In this document: piece by piece, positions 63,551 through 64,000 of the stretch
Layout: each line of letters begins with the position of its first letter
How positions within the stretch are numbered: the stretch's first letter is position 1
DNA from: a virus
Lineage: Duplodnaviria > Caudoviricetes
DNA length: 64,000 nucleotides
Direction: 5' to 3' (one strand)
IMG/VR virus record: IMGVR_UViG_2563366756_000009
Location: 23,904 to 87,903 of that record
The notes under the pieces: model-generated
Databases searched by the model: none
What the model was told of the DNA's origin: nothing
What the model saw: only the letters and a program-made list of their open reading frames with translations
Made by a program: the position numbers and the translations under genes

Positions 63551-64000
63551 ATGCCACGAATCGATGCTGCCACAGCCGGCGGCAGGAACGCGCTCGCCTT
63601 TCTGGACATGCTTCCGGTGAGCGAGCTGGGTCGGCTGGCGATGGCTAACTCCGATGACGGCTACAACGTCATTGTCGGGGGCAGCCAGGCCAAACCGACG
63701 CTATTCACCAACTACCAGGATCATCCGCGCACCAAGGTGACGCTTCTCGACAAGAACGGGAGGCCCAAGATCGACCCGAGGACGGGAAAGCCGCTGCTGT
63801 CGACTGCGGCGGGGCGGTACCAGATCCTGTCATGGATCTACGACGGGTATCGCCTGCAATTGCGCCTTCCCGACTTCTCGCCGCGAAGCCAGGACTTGAT
63901 TGCGCTTCGTCTCATCCGCGAGTGCGGTGCGATGCCGGACATCGCTGCCGGGCGCATCTCGGCCGCGATCACGAAGTGCGCAAGCCGATGGGCGAGCCTG
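63551..64000 (+). CDS. Endolysin, lambda R-like lytic transglycosylase (3' truncated by window)
   Basis: AFLDMLPVSE, GYNVIVGG, STAAGRYQIL, DFSPRSQD, WASL. Confidence 0.9.
   Translation, partial: MPRIDAATAGGRNALAFLDMLPVSELGRLAMANSDDGYNVIVGGSQAKPTLFTNYQDHPRTKVTLLDKNGRPKIDPRTGKPLLSTAAGRYQILSWIYDGYRLQLRLPDFSPRSQDLIALRLIRECGAMPDIAAGRISAAITKCASRWASL

Larger units (their letters stand above)
15222..64000. mobile_element. Prophage 2, lambdoid early region plus myovirus head and tail; continues right of window
   Basis: att, int, xis, cI/cro, replication, terminase, portal, capsid, sheath, tube, baseplate, endolysin in canonical order. Confidence 0.95.

Overview
The window holds two adjacent prophages of a GC-rich host (Burkholderiaceae-like; inferred, not proven). 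They meet at the 3' fragment of a tRNA-Lys(UUU) at 15222-15268, an att site on the minus strand. Prophage 1 (<1-15.2 kb) is the late end of a phage with a Mu-type contractile tail: sheath, tube, frameshifted chaperone, tape measure, gpN/gpP/gp45-48 baseplate and fibre. It continues with a holin/endolysin/Rz-Rz1 lysis cassette, a membrane moron and a compact tRNA-Arg(UCU)/Ile2(CAU)/Leu(UAA) trio. Prophage 2 (15.2 kb->64 kb) is a nearly complete lambdoid-type myophage. It has int/xis, an early-left operon, cI/cro/cII with operators, replication, Q-like and hicAB genes, two DNA methyltransferases, terminase, portal, scaffold, P22-coat-like capsid, contractile tail and a lambda-R-like endolysin at the edge. 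The most unusual signal is at 18.7-25.4 kb. Six plus-strand accessory genes sit between minus-strand early genes, each starting at a shared CATGCTAGGATTCCT-type motif and ending in TAG; four end in a shared 30-32 bp motif, and two junctions are empty. Cargo includes an exported TonB C-terminal domain, a HEPN-motif protein and two 2-TM proteins. All family calls come from motif recognition and synteny; no database search was run.
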